From a virus (lineage: Duplodnaviria > Caudoviricetes), in the IMG/VR virus record IMGVR_UViG_3300028364_000013: a DNA stretch of 64,000 bases. One strand, 5' to 3'. Under the pieces are notes generated by a model, which had not been told where the DNA came from, made no database searches, and saw only the letters and a list, made by a program, of their open reading frames with translations. Of the stretch, positions 8,676 to 19,176 are shown one piece after another. Positions within the stretch are counted from its first letter, which is position 1. Each line of letters starts with the position of its first letter. Made by a program: the position numbers and the translations under genes.

Positions 8676-10190
8676 TTATTCATAAATCATAAAATATAGT
8701 TTATGCTTTGAGCGACTAACAGCTACGTAATGAATATTCTTAGACTCTTCATCTTTTTCAGTAAAAGAAACTCTCTCCAGGCGTTTTTTTCCAAGCTTGT
8801 CGTAAATTCCGCACTCCTGAAGAACTTCTGGAGAAACAGAATTAACAACAACACACTCATCAAACTCACGCCCTTTACTCTTGTGTATTGTAGTAATAAA
8901 TTTCTTAGACTTTTTGAACTGCTCTATGAACGTCATTAATTGGGCATCATTTTCGAAGTGACCCTTGAAGTTATTCATTTTACCTCTAAGGTGAGAATCT
9001 ACATCTCCTCCTTTGTATTTCTTAATATCAGCATCGTTGATGAAATTGAAGTACTTCATTGGAACCTTCCTCTTTAGCAGTTCTTTCTCAAGTTTTCTAA
9101 TTGTAGCATTTGTCCTAACCAGCACAACAACTTCTCCTGGTTGTTTCAACAATTCAACAAGCTCATCTAACCTAAGCATCACTTTCCTGTCAACATCACC
9201 TTTGTCTGCGCTATTTGCAGTCGCTGTAAGAGACGAATACTTATTTGAGTTCTCTACAATCAACTCATCACTTCTAAAGTTGACAGAGAGGCTCATTTCG
9301 GTAACATCACGCCTTTTCTTTAGCATTGACTCAAGTTTGCTACAGTTTGCTCCAGAGTATCCATAAATACTTTGATTACGGTCACCAATTAAATAGTAAT
9401 ACTTAGCATTTAACGAAAGAAGTGTTTGAAGCTGTATAGTACTCGTATCTTGATACTCATCTACAAATATGTAATCATACTTATCTCTAAACATCTTAAG
9501 CCACTTATTCTCTCTTAATAAATCACGAACCTCAATAAGCATGTCAGAAAAATCTCTTTTCTTTGTTACTCTTAAGAATTTTCTGTAATCATTATAAAAC
9601 TGAGGAACTGGAGCCTTTACATTATCAGCAGACTGCAACTTAAATGAACCTATAGCTGAAGACAGCTGTTCAGCATCTTCATACATGTTTGCAATAAGTT
9701 CAAAGTGAGCCTCTTTTTGTTCTTTAGTAGCGTGACTACTTGGTTTATGCTCTTGTCTGAACCAGTTTAAAAACTCATAAAATGACGCTATCGCTTTATA
9801 CTTTTTCATACTGGCAAGCAAACTATTAGAGAATGCATGTATAGTAGTAATCGTACAACCCTGTCCATGAGAACTTACTTTCTCACGAACTTGAATCCCT
9901 GCAGACGCAACCCTTTCTCTAAGCTCATCAGTGGCAGCTTTTGTGAAACTGAAAAATATAATCTTGTTTGGGTCAACACCTCTATCAACAAGAGACTTTA
10001 ACCTTTGAACACAACTGAATGACTTTCCTGAACCAGCTGTTGCCGCAAGTATTAAAGAATCTTTTTCTGAATAATTTATAAATGCACTCTGCTCATCTGT
10101 ATATTGAATCTCTGATTTTTTTGCGTGCGATGTACCTTCGAATAAATCAACTTGACCTCTGTCTATTGTAATTTCTTTCTTTTTTCCCAT
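8676..10190 (-). CDS. uvrD: UvrD/Rep-family superfamily-1 helicase
   Basis: AATAGSGKS, FSFTKAA, TIHAF, YIFVDEYQDTS, IGDRNQSIYGYSGA, NFRS, TIHKSKGREFD, YVAVSR. Confidence 0.92.
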   Translation of the reverse strand: MGKKKEITIDRGQVDLFEGTSHAKKSEIQYTDEQSAFINYSEKDSLILAATAGSGKSFSCVQRLKSLVDRGVDPNKIIFFSFTKAATDELRERVASAGIQVREKVSSHGQGCTITTIHAFSNSLLASMKKYKAIASFYEFLNWFRQEHKPSSHATKEQKEAHFELIANMYEDAEQLSSAIGSFKLQSADNVKAPVPQFYNDYRKFLRVTKKRDFSDMLIEVRDLLRENKWLKMFRDKYDYIFVDEYQDTSTIQLQTLLSLNAKYYYLIGDRNQSIYGYSGANCSKLESMLKKRRDVTEMSLSVNFRSDELIVENSNKYSSLTATANSADKGDVDRKVMLRLDELVELLKQPGEVVVLVRTNATIRKLEKELLKRKVPMKYFNFINDADIKKYKGGDVDSHLRGKMNNFKGHFENDAQLMTFIEQFKKSKKFITTIHKSKGREFDECVVVNSVSPEVLQECGIYDKLGKKRLERVSFTEKDEESKNIHYVAVSRSKHKLYFMIYE

Positions 10191-10999
10191 TTTAAAATTT
10201 CTTTTTCTAAAATCGCTTCAATATTTTTCTTATCATAATATGGTATTCTTAAAAGCTTTTTATTTGTTTTTTTGCAAAATTCATTTTTTATAGAATCATT
10301 TTCTTTAATCTTTTTAAAGTTCGAATCACTCTTTTTTGAAATTGTGAATCTGGGCTCAAAATGCTGCTCTCCATCATATTCAATGCACATATCATAATTT
10401 GGAAGGTAAAAGTCAAATGGAAGGTAGTTAATATTCTTACATTCATCAAATTTCTTTTGAGATTCATATAAAACCCTTTTGTTATCCAAGAATCTTTTGA
10501 CCTCCCTTTCTCCGTGAGACAATCTACACCTTGGACACCCTTGTCCAGCTTTATGTTTCCCTGGAGACTGTTCAAAAACGCCATGATTTTCACAAATTAT
10601 TTTAACTTTAGTTTTATCACCAACATATTCAACTAATGAATAATTATAATTATCTCCATGTACTTCTGCAAACCTTTTTATAGCATCAGATTTATCGTCT
10701 GTTTTCTCTTCTTTTGCACAACAAGGACATCCTATACCTTTTAAATGATTCCATATACATTGCTCAAAAACTCCATGTTTTTTACAAATTATCTTAGCCT
10801 TATCTTTAACTTTTTCATACCAAACCAAAGAATAGTCATATCTGCCGCTATGGACTTCAATGGCTTTGTTTATATTTTTCTCAACCCTATCTTTTTTTGA
10901 TTTTTCGTAACATATCTTACATCTGGTTCCATTGTTTGGGATAATTATCCTACCTCCATCTGGATGTAGTTTACACTTTCTTGTTCTAACTTTTTTCAT
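10163..10999 (-). mobile_element. Free-standing homing endonuclease gene (DUF723-like Zn repeats plus PD-(D/E)XK domain)
   Basis: Two YDYSLVxY...KIICxxHGVFEQ...HxxGxGCP repeats; LPFDFYLPNYDMCIEYDGEQHF. Confidence 0.8.
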
Positions 11000-11125
11000 C
11001 TTTATCCTTTTCTATAAATAGGATAAAAGATTTTAAAAGAGCCGAAAAAACTTTTTAGTGCGCAACTATGAAGGTTAATTTATAGGGTCAACCACTAAGT
11101 TTATCTTTTTCTTGGCCATAATATA

Positions 11126-11965
11126 TTAAACGTTTTGAGCCTGAGCTTGTTTTGCTTTTTCTGTGATTTTTCTAAGCAACAACTTAGTGTCTCCAGGCAT
11201 ATCTGAAGCATTAACACACCAATCATAGTAACTTGCATCAGCAAGCATCATATCGCCAATAAGATTGTTTTTGTACTTACCAAAATTAAACACTGGTCTT
11301 CCGTCATTATTTAAAATGATATTACCACGTACATCAAGAGCTTTTTTGTTTCTATTGAAGTTGTCATGAAGAGTGTTTGGGTTTGTATTTATAAACCTTG
11401 CATCCTCAGGATAAGCGGCAACCATTCCATTAAAAATGTTTACAGACTCAATATTTGCTTGCTCTGATTTAATTGGAGTATCCTCAAGAGTTTTTCCAGT
11501 ATATCTTTCGATAGCTGCTCTGAAATCTCTTCTCTCCATATTGTGATATATTGAACTTAAGTCAATAATGTTTCTACCAACAATTGTAAATTCTATACCA
11601 GCATTATTAAACTCTTCTGTTAAGAATTTAAGGTCAAAATTTGTAAGGCTAAATCCAGCAAAATCAGCATCTCCTATAAACGAATATAAAGCTGCCGCAA
11701 TTTCTTTGAAAGATTGGGCACCTGCAACATCTGCATCTGTCAAACCATTCAACAATGAAGCTTCGTCTGGAATTGACATTCCTGGATTCACCAACTTAGT
11801 AGCAATTTGAACTTGCCTTTCAGTGTCAACTTTAATTATAGAAATTTCTATGATTCTATCAGCTGGTTTGTCGCTGTCTCTTTTTTGAACTGGTTCTAAT
11901 CCAGTTGTAGCAACCTTTAAAAATACCAAAGGTTTCTTAAGGTTTAATTTTAAATCTAAACTCAT
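11126..11965 (-). CDS. DnaQ/epsilon-like DEDDh exonuclease homologue with substituted catalytic residues
   Basis: LVFLKVATTGL (normally FxDxETTG), RIIEISIIK, INFDL-like TNFDLKFLTEEF, FNFGKYK C-terminal domain. Confidence 0.75.
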   Translation of the reverse strand: MSLDLKLNLKKPLVFLKVATTGLEPVQKRDSDKPADRIIEISIIKVDTERQVQIATKLVNPGMSIPDEASLLNGLTDADVAGAQSFKEIAAALYSFIGDADFAGFSLTNFDLKFLTEEFNNAGIEFTIVGRNIIDLSSIYHNMERRDFRAAIERYTGKTLEDTPIKSEQANIESVNIFNGMVAAYPEDARFINTNPNTLHDNFNRNKKALDVRGNIILNNDGRPVFNFGKYKNNLIGDMMLADASYYDWCVNASDMPGDTKLLLRKITEKAKQAQAQNV

Positions 11966-12010
11966 CTCTTCTAAATTTTTGTTATTTATAAAGCGAATAT
12001 AGTGAAAATA

Positions 12011-12274
12011 TTACACAAACTCACCATTGATGTAATTATTTCTTTCTTTTATTTTTTCATCACTCCAATTTTCTTGTACAGATTTGACAAAATTAACCTC
12101 CGTTTTTGAGGTCCAAAACAACTTTTTATAATCACTATTATATGTTTCAAAAAAAAGAAGACCGTCCTCGTCTTCTTTTATTAAGATGAGCTCTTGGCTA
12201 TGTGGAATAACTTCGCCATCACCCATCTCTTTGTTTTTAACTAATATATAATAATCTACATTAACTTCTTTCAT
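12011..12274 (-). CDS. Hypothetical protein (87 aa)
   Basis: ORF translationally coupled to the sigma factor stop. Confidence 0.7.
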   Translation of the reverse strand: MKEVNVDYYILVKNKEMGDGEVIPHSQELILIKEDEDGLLFFETYNSDYKKLFWTSKTEVNFVKSVQENWSDEKIKERNNYINGEFV

Positions 12275-13170
12275 TATCTAATTTCACAATTTAAAAACTC
12301 TTTTAGTTTTGAACTATTATTAAACGTTCTTAACTTTTTAAGAGCAAATTCTTTAATCTGTCTAACTCTTTCGTTTGTTAGACCAATTTTATTTCCTATT
12401 TCAGCAAGAGTCATCTCTTCTCCTCCATCAAGTCCAAAATACATCTTTAAGATAACACCTTCTCTTTCTGTCAACTCATCTAAAACGTCTTCTATTTCAG
12501 TCTGAAGAGCATGTTTATTCATTCCGTTTTCCATCTCTCTTAATCCATCTCCAGCCATTGACTCGTGAAGTTCTGTAGCAGACTCATCTGACACAGTTGT
12601 GTTAAGAGAAATCTCTATGCCATTATCGGTATAAGCATTCCTAACCTCTTTTTCAGACAAAGTTGACTTCCCTTCTTCTTCATTGTAATAAAAATTACTA
12701 ATCTCTTTTATAGTCGGCTCCCTACTAAGCTCTTTAGAAAGCGCTTCCGTAGCCTTTATCACCTTATTGATTGCATTGATTCTATTCACTGGCAATCTAA
12801 CTGAACTTCCATTTTCGTATGCTGATTGCAATATAGATTGTCTAATCCACCAAACCGCATAAGAAATAAACATAAACCCCTTAGTGTCATCAAAACGCTC
12901 TACGGCTTTTATTAAACCTAAGTTACCTTCTTGAATTAAATCTTCCAGCGGCATCCCAGTATATGTGTATTCTTTTGCAACTGATAGAACAAATCTTAAA
13001 TTACTCTCAATCAATTCTTTTAAAGCCCTTTGGTCTCCGTCTCTGGCTTTTATAGCTAATTTTACTTGCTCCTTTCCATCAACCTGGTCATACCTTCTAA
13101 CTTCTTTGTAATAGCACTTAAGCGACAAGTTGTCTCTTTGCATTGTTTCATCTCCTTTCAACATATTCAT
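12274..13170 (-). CDS. rpoD: RNA polymerase sigma-70 factor (RpoD-like, short Bacteroidota type)
   Basis: LIESNLRFVLSVAKEY, DLIQEGNLGLIKAVERFD, FISYAVWWIRQSILQ, RLPVNR, MTLAEIGNKIGLTNERVRQIKEFALKKL. Confidence 0.93.
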   Translation of the reverse strand: MNMLKGDETMQRDNLSLKCYYKEVRRYDQVDGKEQVKLAIKARDGDQRALKELIESNLRFVLSVAKEYTYTGMPLEDLIQEGNLGLIKAVERFDDTKGFMFISYAVWWIRQSILQSAYENGSSVRLPVNRINAINKVIKATEALSKELSREPTIKEISNFYYNEEEGKSTLSEKEVRNAYTDNGIEISLNTTVSDESATELHESMAGDGLREMENGMNKHALQTEIEDVLDELTEREGVILKMYFGLDGGEEMTLAEIGNKIGLTNERVRQIKEFALKKLRTFNNSSKLKEFLNCEIR

Positions 13171-13181
13171 CCTATTATTTA

Positions 13182-13622
13182 TTAATCATTCCAGTTAAGC
13201 TGGGAAATGAATTTTTTGAACTTATTAAAGTCCTCTTCGTTGTCAATGTTTATAGCAGTTGTGCTTTCATTACCTTCTGAGTCAGCTCCAGTGGTATGTA
13301 CTTGAAGGAACCTGCTTTCTTGCCCTCTTTCTCTAAAGCTAATCAAATCAACTTCTATAATACCAGAAATTTGCCCTTCAGGGTTTTTTGTTTCAAGTCT
13401 TATAAAAGTATTACTACCTTCCTCTGTGAGAACGTTGTCCGCAGATTCATGATGTGATAAATTAGTAGCAGGTGCCGTAGGTGCCGTAGGTGCCACTGCA
13501 GGTATTGCTGTAATCTTTTGTTCTTCTTGTACTTCTTGTACTGGAGGCCCCGTTTGTATGCTTCCCTGCGATGGGATTGCATTGCCAGGAAACACTCCTC
13601 TGTTGTTGTTATTATTTTCCAT
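13182..13622 (-). CDS. Hypothetical protein (start probably MENNNNN)
   Basis: ORF; the promoter at 13647-13678 overlaps the longer track start, so the downstream ATG is preferred. Confidence 0.7.
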   Translation of the reverse strand: MENNNNNRGVFPGNAIPSQGSIQTGPPVQEVQEEQKITAIPAVAPTAPTAPATNLSHHESADNVLTEEGSNTFIRLETKNPEGQISGIIEVDLISFRERGQESRFLQVHTTGADSEGNESTTAINIDNEEDFNKFKKFISQLNWND

Positions 13623-13646
13623 TATTCCACAATTTTTTATTATAAA

Positions 13647-13678
13647 CAAATATAGTCAAAAAAAGAGCGGATTCCAAA
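13647..13678 (-). promoter_or_regulatory. Bacteroidota sigma-A type promoter TTTG-N20-TATATTTG
   Basis: Plus strand CAAATATA 13647-13654 and CAAA 13675-13678. Confidence 0.7.
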
Positions 13679-13728
13679 TTGGAACGCTCTAATCTCTTAT
13701 TTTTTATAAAATTATAAATTTATTTTTT

Positions 13729-14385
13729 CTACACTGCACTTTGAACCGTTACAGCGTCAATGACTTGTTCTAATATTTCTTCTTTTAAGTCATCAAAAGA
13801 TAATCTCTTTTTTGTATTCTTTGCATATATCAACTCCTCATTTGGTTCGTCAATATACCATTTTGCATTACCAATCTCAACAGTTGGAAAATCGAGCTTC
13901 ACCTTCTTTCTCTGACCCTTACCTTGTCTGTGAGATTTTTTTTCTAAAGTATCAAAATCAACAGTCCCATCAGCATTTTTATCTGCTGTATCGTAAAATT
14001 TCTTTAATTGAGAAATTGACATTTGATGGTCGGTCCTGGTATCTTGCTGCAATTGGTTTGAGTTTCTAAAAAATATTGTCGTAATAACATTATCTCTCAC
14101 AACTGCCCAAAGCTCATCCCCAACAGAAACATGCCCAGTCTCTGGGTCTTTAGATGAATATACAACTGGATATTTCTTTATCTGTATTGATGCTGATTCA
14201 TATTCAGGAAAATTAACTCTCTTAATCAAATCTACAGCACCTTTTATTTCATCGTAATTAAACTTAGGTCTTGTATACATAGTGCTTGAAAGCCTGTCAT
14301 GAACTCTATCTTTAAAGTGAGTTGATGGCGCTGCTTCATTAAACACTTCCATTATTATGTTTCTTATTTCTTGTTGAATGTCCAT
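13729..14385 (-). CDS. Hypothetical protein with Glu-rich leader
   Basis: MDIQQEIRNIIMEVFNEA; coupled to the upstream ORF. Confidence 0.8.
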   Translation of the reverse strand: MDIQQEIRNIIMEVFNEAAPSTHFKDRVHDRLSSTMYTRPKFNYDEIKGAVDLIKRVNFPEYESASIQIKKYPVVYSSKDPETGHVSVGDELWAVVRDNVITTIFFRNSNQLQQDTRTDHQMSISQLKKFYDTADKNADGTVDFDTLEKKSHRQGKGQRKKVKLDFPTVEIGNAKWYIDEPNEELIYAKNTKKRLSFDDLKEEILEQVIDAVTVQSAV

Positions 14386-14693
14386 TAAAAAGTGTCTTTA
14401 TATTTTAAGATTTGCTGCATTTTAACAGCATCCAATACAGTACCTCCTTTAAGAGTCATTGTGTATTCTTTAGATATTGCATTTTGAATCTCTTCGAAAC
14501 TCAATCTGGTGTCATCAACCAAGAAACCTCTCTCTGAAAATGTGATAACATATTCAGATTCTGTGCCGCCATTAAACCTGACTGCTTTTGGCTTCATCTT
14601 AACCTTTGGTGCTGGAGCTTGCATAGGAGGAAACTCCTCGCTCAATAATGCGCCTTTTAAAATGCTTGAAATCTCTTCTCTTAATTCGTCCAT
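14385..14693 (-). CDS. Hypothetical protein with Glu-rich leader
   Basis: Start MDELREEISSILKGALLSEE at 14693, 16 nt after the TATTTATT motif. Confidence 0.75.
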   Translation of the reverse strand: MDELREEISSILKGALLSEEFPPMQAPAPKVKMKPKAVRFNGGTESEYVITFSERGFLVDDTRLSFEEIQNAISKEYTMTLKGGTVLDAVKMQQILKYKDTF

Positions 14694-14723
14694 TGCAGAA
14701 ATACTTTCTAATAAATAGTCCAA

Positions 14724-14760
14724 AAAAAAAGGTGTTTAACTATTTTAAACACCTTTTTTT
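14724..14760 (-). terminator. Perfect 16-bp hairpin terminator
   Basis: AAAAAAAGGTGTTTAA-CTATT-TTAAACACCTTTTTTT. Confidence 0.8.
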
Positions 14761-14785
14761 AACAATTTTATTAGAAATTCTAATT

Positions 14786-14983
14786 TTAGAATTCACCTTT
14801 TAACCTGGCCTCCATCATCTTCTTCATGAATTCTTCGTACTTTTTCTTTTCAGCACGTCTCTTGTTGATTACAGCTTCTCTTGCTTTAGCAACTTTGATA
14901 CGAGACTCTCTTAAACGCTTATTTCTTTTTAAGCCTCTTTTTGCCTCTGCCTGTCTTTTTACTCTACTCTTAGGTTTTTTCAT
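14786..14983 (-). CDS. Small Lys/Arg-rich basic protein
   Basis: MKKPKSRVKRQAEAKRGLKRNKRLRE...; ATG at 14983. Confidence 0.65.
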   Translation of the reverse strand: MKKPKSRVKRQAEAKRGLKRNKRLRESRIKVAKAREAVINKRRAEKKKYEEFMKKMMEARLKGEF

Positions 14984-15025
14984 CTTTTCTATTTTTATAA
15001 AATATAAGAAACTCATTTTAATAAA

Positions 15026-15270
15026 TCAAATTTTCTCATAATGTTCTTTAAGAAACTTTACTATTTCTCTCGATGGCACCTGAACCGCTCCGTTATCAAT
15101 AGCTCTCTTAATCACATCTCCTTTGACATCATAATGAGGCCTATTCTTACCTCGCTTATTTTTCAAACCAGCATCTATTTAACCCTATCTCTTCTGCAAA
15201 CTCATGCAAAGAAGAGATAGTATCAGCAACTAAGTGACACCACCCCTTCCTTGGAAAGTCTATTAAAAAA
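15026..15270 (-). pseudogene. DUF4031-family gene broken by a single-base frameshift (or homopolymer sequencing error)
   Basis: Frame 1 LIDFPRKGWCHLVADTISSLHEFAEEIGLNRCWFE then frame 2 NKRGKNRPHYDVKGDVIKRAIDNGAV; shift in an A-run near 15160. Confidence 0.65.
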
Positions 15271-15280
15271 AACTGGTTGA

Positions 15281-17842
15281 TTAGCTTCCACACATCAAAC
15301 AATCATCTGGATTATCCAGGCTGCAGTTTAAGCCTTTTAAAGCCTCTTCTTCTGCGTCTGATAAGTCAACAGTGGGTTTTTCTATAACTGCAACTTGAGA
15401 AACCTGAGGCACCACTGGAGCCATTACTTCAGGAATTACTACAACCTCTTCTAATTTTTCAGAAGATTCTGTGTCAACTCCAAGAGATTTTCTTGCTTCA
15501 GCTTTAGCATTGCTTCTTAAGTAGTACATACCAGTTTTAAGCCCTTTTTTCCAACCATAGAACAATGCTTTGTTTAGTTTTCCAGCATTTGCATCACGAA
15601 TAAATAAATTCATTGATTGTGATTGACAGATAAAAGCACCTCTATCAGCCGACATATCAATCAAATTGCTTGCTTTCATTTCCCAAACAGTTTTGTAAAC
15701 AGACTTAATTTGGTCTGGAATGTTGCTTATAGTTTGAATTGAGCCGCTATTTTGTATCAACTTAACTCTCATCTCATCACCCCAAAGGCCAAGGTTTATT
15801 AAGTCCTCAACCAAATGTCTGTTTACAACAACAAATTCTCCAGACAAGGTATTTCTCTTGTATAAATTGTTTGTGTAAGGTTCAAAACACTCATTGTTTC
15901 CAAGTATCTGAGCAGTAGAGGCAGTTGGCATAGGAGCAAGTAAAAGTGAATTACGAACACCATATTTCATTACTGACTTTCTAAGTTTAGACCAATCCCA
16001 CATTCCAGAAAGCGTTTCCTCATTCACGCCCCATAGGTTAAATTGAAATTGACCCTCAGAAAGAGGAGAGCCACTAAATGTTTTATATGCTCCATATGCA
16101 TCTTCAAACTCTTCAGAATCTTGAAGAGTTAATTTCATTGCTTCTTTTCTAACTTTCTTAGATATATCGTTAGATGCTGTCATAGATGCAAAGTAAATGG
16201 TCTCAAAAATATCTTTATTTAACTTTTTAGCTTCATCTGATTCAAAAGGAATACCCATAAGAGCAAACGTATCCGCAAGACCCTGCACTCCAATACCAAT
16301 TGGCCTGTGTCTCATATTCGATTTCTTAGTTTCCTTAGTTGGATACCAATTAACATCAATAACCTGATTAAGGTTTAGTGTAGTTTGATATGCGACATCA
16401 TAAAGTTTTTCAAAATCATATTCTCTCAAATCCTTTTCTTTCGATTTAACTCTACCACTTGGTATTGTAACCATTTTTGGAAGCGCTATTGAAGCCAGGT
16501 TACATACAGCGGATTCATCTGGAGTCGAAACCTCTAAAATTTCTGTACACAAGTTAGAAGATTTGATTGTACCTATGTTTTTTTGATTTGACTTGTTGTT
16601 GGCCGCATCTTTATATAGAATGTAAGGAGTTCCAGTTTCAATCTGAGCCTCAAGTATTTTTGCCCACAATTCCCTTGCTGGCATTGTTTTTCTAACTTTA
16701 CCTTCTGATTCATATTTCTCATACAAAGCTGTAAACGCTTTATTGTCATGTGAATCAAAAACATCAGAAAGCCCTTGGCATTCATTTGGACACATTAAAG
16801 ACCAGCTTTTATCTTCTTCAACTCTCTGCATAAACAAATCAGGAACCCAAAGTGCTAAAAATAAGTCTCTCGCCCTAAGCTCTTCTTTACCATGATTTTT
16901 TCTAAGGTCAATAAACTGTTCAACATCAGCATGCCATGGTTCAAGATAAATAGCAAAAGAGCCTTTTCTTTTACCACCTTGATTTATCCACTTAGCAACT
17001 TCATTGTATGTTTTAAGCATTGGAAGTATACCATCAGCATATCCTCCAGTACCTTTTATGTAAGAACCTTTTGCTCTAACATTATGGATATGAAGACCTA
17101 TTCCTCCAGCCCACTTAGAAATGTTTGCAACATCCTTAACAGTATCAAACAAAGAATTAATATCGTCACCTTTGTTTGCAACCAAGAAACATGAAGACAA
17201 TTGAGGCTTCGGAGTTCCAGAGTTAAACAAAGTAGGTGTTGCGTGCGTAAATTGACCAGTTGACAATAACTCATATGTATTTTGAACTTGTTCAAAGTTA
17301 TCTCCCCAGATACCCAACGCAACCCTCATATACATGTGTTGAGGTGTTTCAGCTATGTTACCAGCTATCTTCAATAAATAGGACCTCTCAAGAGTCTTAA
17401 ATCCGAAATATTCGAAATCAAGGTCTCTATCATGAACAATCATTGATTCAATTTTTTTACCATTATTTTGAACCAGGTTATATAACTCTTCTGAAACAAG
17501 AGGCGCTGCCTCTCCAGTCTCTGGACTTATATAGTTATACAAATCTTCAACAGTCTCTTTGAAACTCTTCTTAGTTTCTTTTTTCAAAGAAGTCAATGCT
17601 ATTCTCGCTGCTAATATAGAATAGTCTGGATGGACTCTTGTCATTGCCGCTGCAGTTTCTGCTGCAAGCTCATCAAGCTCTTTAGATGTTACTCCATCAT
17701 AAACACCAGAAATAACCTTCTTGGCTATTTCCATATAATCAACATGCTCAGAATCTAATCCGTATGTTTGCTTTTTTATTCTTGCTGAAATTTTATCAAA
17801 CTTCACCGTCTCTTCTGAGCCGTCTCTTTTTATTACTTTCAT
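15281..17842 (-). CDS. nrdA: Ribonucleotide reductase class I alpha subunit (ATP cone)
   Basis: MKVIKRDG ATP cone, ATPTLFNSG, QLSSCF, GGIG, SSNLCTEI, VCNLAS, APMPTAST, KTGMYYLR. Confidence 0.97.
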   Translation of the reverse strand: MKVIKRDGSEETVKFDKISARIKKQTYGLDSEHVDYMEIAKKVISGVYDGVTSKELDELAAETAAAMTRVHPDYSILAARIALTSLKKETKKSFKETVEDLYNYISPETGEAAPLVSEELYNLVQNNGKKIESMIVHDRDLDFEYFGFKTLERSYLLKIAGNIAETPQHMYMRVALGIWGDNFEQVQNTYELLSTGQFTHATPTLFNSGTPKPQLSSCFLVANKGDDINSLFDTVKDVANISKWAGGIGLHIHNVRAKGSYIKGTGGYADGILPMLKTYNEVAKWINQGGKRKGSFAIYLEPWHADVEQFIDLRKNHGKEELRARDLFLALWVPDLFMQRVEEDKSWSLMCPNECQGLSDVFDSHDNKAFTALYEKYESEGKVRKTMPARELWAKILEAQIETGTPYILYKDAANNKSNQKNIGTIKSSNLCTEILEVSTPDESAVCNLASIALPKMVTIPSGRVKSKEKDLREYDFEKLYDVAYQTTLNLNQVIDVNWYPTKETKKSNMRHRPIGIGVQGLADTFALMGIPFESDEAKKLNKDIFETIYFASMTASNDISKKVRKEAMKLTLQDSEEFEDAYGAYKTFSGSPLSEGQFQFNLWGVNEETLSGMWDWSKLRKSVMKYGVRNSLLLAPMPTASTAQILGNNECFEPYTNNLYKRNTLSGEFVVVNRHLVEDLINLGLWGDEMRVKLIQNSGSIQTISNIPDQIKSVYKTVWEMKASNLIDMSADRGAFICQSQSMNLFIRDANAGKLNKALFYGWKKGLKTGMYYLRSNAKAEARKSLGVDTESSEKLEEVVVIPEVMAPVVPQVSQVAVIEKPTVDLSDAEEEALKGLNCSLDNPDDCLMCGS

Positions 17843-17860
17843 ATTTTAACTTATTATTTT

Positions 17861-18868
17861 TTAAAAATCATCTTCGTCACCATCGAATGATAATGAGTTA
17901 TCTTCAGCTGAATTACCAACACCAGATTTTGCGTAGTCACCAACTCTTTTTTCAAAAAAGTTAGTCTTATTTTCTAATGCAATATTAGACATAAAGTCAA
18001 ATGGATTCTTAGTTCCATAAACTACAGGACACTTTAAATCTAACAACAATCTATCAGTAACATACTCAAGGTACTCAGACATAAGAGCTGAATTCATACC
18101 AATCAAACTAACTGGTAATGACTCTAAAATAAATTCTTTTTCAATATCAAGAGCAGATTCTATAATCTCTCTAATTCTTTCTTTAGGCACCTTATCAACA
18201 ACGTGGTGATTGTGAAGGTGGACTGCAAAATCACAATGAAGAGCTTCGTCTCTTGAAATCAATTCATTAGAAAAACTAAGTCCAGGCATTAAATTTCTTT
18301 TCTTCAACCAAAATATAGAACAGAATGAACCTGAGAAAAATATTCCCTCAACCGCAGCAAATGCAATAAGTCTTTCAGCAAAACTATCTGAATCAATCCA
18401 CTTCAAAGCCCACTCAGCTTTTTTCTTAACTGCATCAATAGTATCAATCGCATTAAACAACCTCTTTTGTTCAGCGCTATCTTTAACATAAGTATCTATC
18501 AATAAAGAGTAAGTTTCAGAGTGAACGTTCTCCATCATAATTTGAAATCCGTAGAAGAACTTTGCTTCTGTATACTGAACTTCGTTTACAAAATTCTCAG
18601 CAAGATTTTCATTTACTATACCATCTGATGCTGCAAAAAATGCTAACACATTTTTAATGAAATACTTTTCATTTTCACTAAGCGTTTCCCAATCTTTTAT
18701 ATCCTGCTCAAGGTCTATCTCTTCTGCTGTCCAAATGCTTGCTTGAGACTTTTTGTAAAACTCCCAAATGTCATCATGCTCAATAGGAAACAGAACAAAT
18801 CTACCATCATTCTCTCTTAATATTGGCTCCATAAATTCACTTCCTTTTTCTTCTTTTTTTTCTTTCAT
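17861..18868 (-). CDS. nrdB: Ribonucleotide reductase class I beta subunit
   Basis: [63 protein letters not shown]; start may be 18832. Confidence 0.97.
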   Translation of the reverse strand: MKEKKEEKGSEFMEPILRENDGRFVLFPIEHDDIWEFYKKSQASIWTAEEIDLEQDIKDWETLSENEKYFIKNVLAFFAASDGIVNENLAENFVNEVQYTEAKFFYGFQIMMENVHSETYSLLIDTYVKDSAEQKRLFNAIDTIDAVKKKAEWALKWIDSDSFAERLIAFAAVEGIFFSGSFCSIFWLKKRNLMPGLSFSNELISRDEALHCDFAVHLHNHHVVDKVPKERIREIIESALDIEKEFILESLPVSLIGMNSALMSEYLEYVTDRLLLDLKCPVVYGTKNPFDFMSNIALENKTNFFEKRVGDYAKSGVGNSAEDNSLSFDGDEDDF

Positions 18869-18956
18869 TTTTTGTTTTTTTTTAATTTTTTAGGTGACAA
18901 TTCCCTGCAGCATAACAATGGGTTACACTGAATAAATAAATGGTTTCAGCAAAAAA

Positions 18957-19085
18957 CTAATTACTTTTACTAAAATCTTCCTTTTTGTTTAAGAAAATTG
19001 ATTTGTAAATTAAAAGATGTAGTGATTGACTTTTTGAAATTGGCTCTTGAACGGGTCTGGCTCTTTTTTCTAAAATCTTTTTCAT
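18957..19085 (-). CDS. Possible small peptide (42 aa)
   Basis: Own translation MKKILEKRARPVQEP...; ATG 16 nt after a TATTTATT motif. Confidence 0.35.
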   Translation of the reverse strand: MKKILEKRARPVQEPISKSQSLHLLIYKSIFLNKKEDFSKSN

Positions 19086-19176
19086 AAACTACAATCTTTA
19101 TAATAAATAAATAACAAAATTCTTTATCCAAGAAAGATGTCAAATTAGTTTTTAACACCTCCTATACTTAAGAGGT

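Noticed and set aside
13468-13495. 9-bp repeat AGGTGCCGT
   Set aside because: Simple APT linker repeat inside a coding sequence
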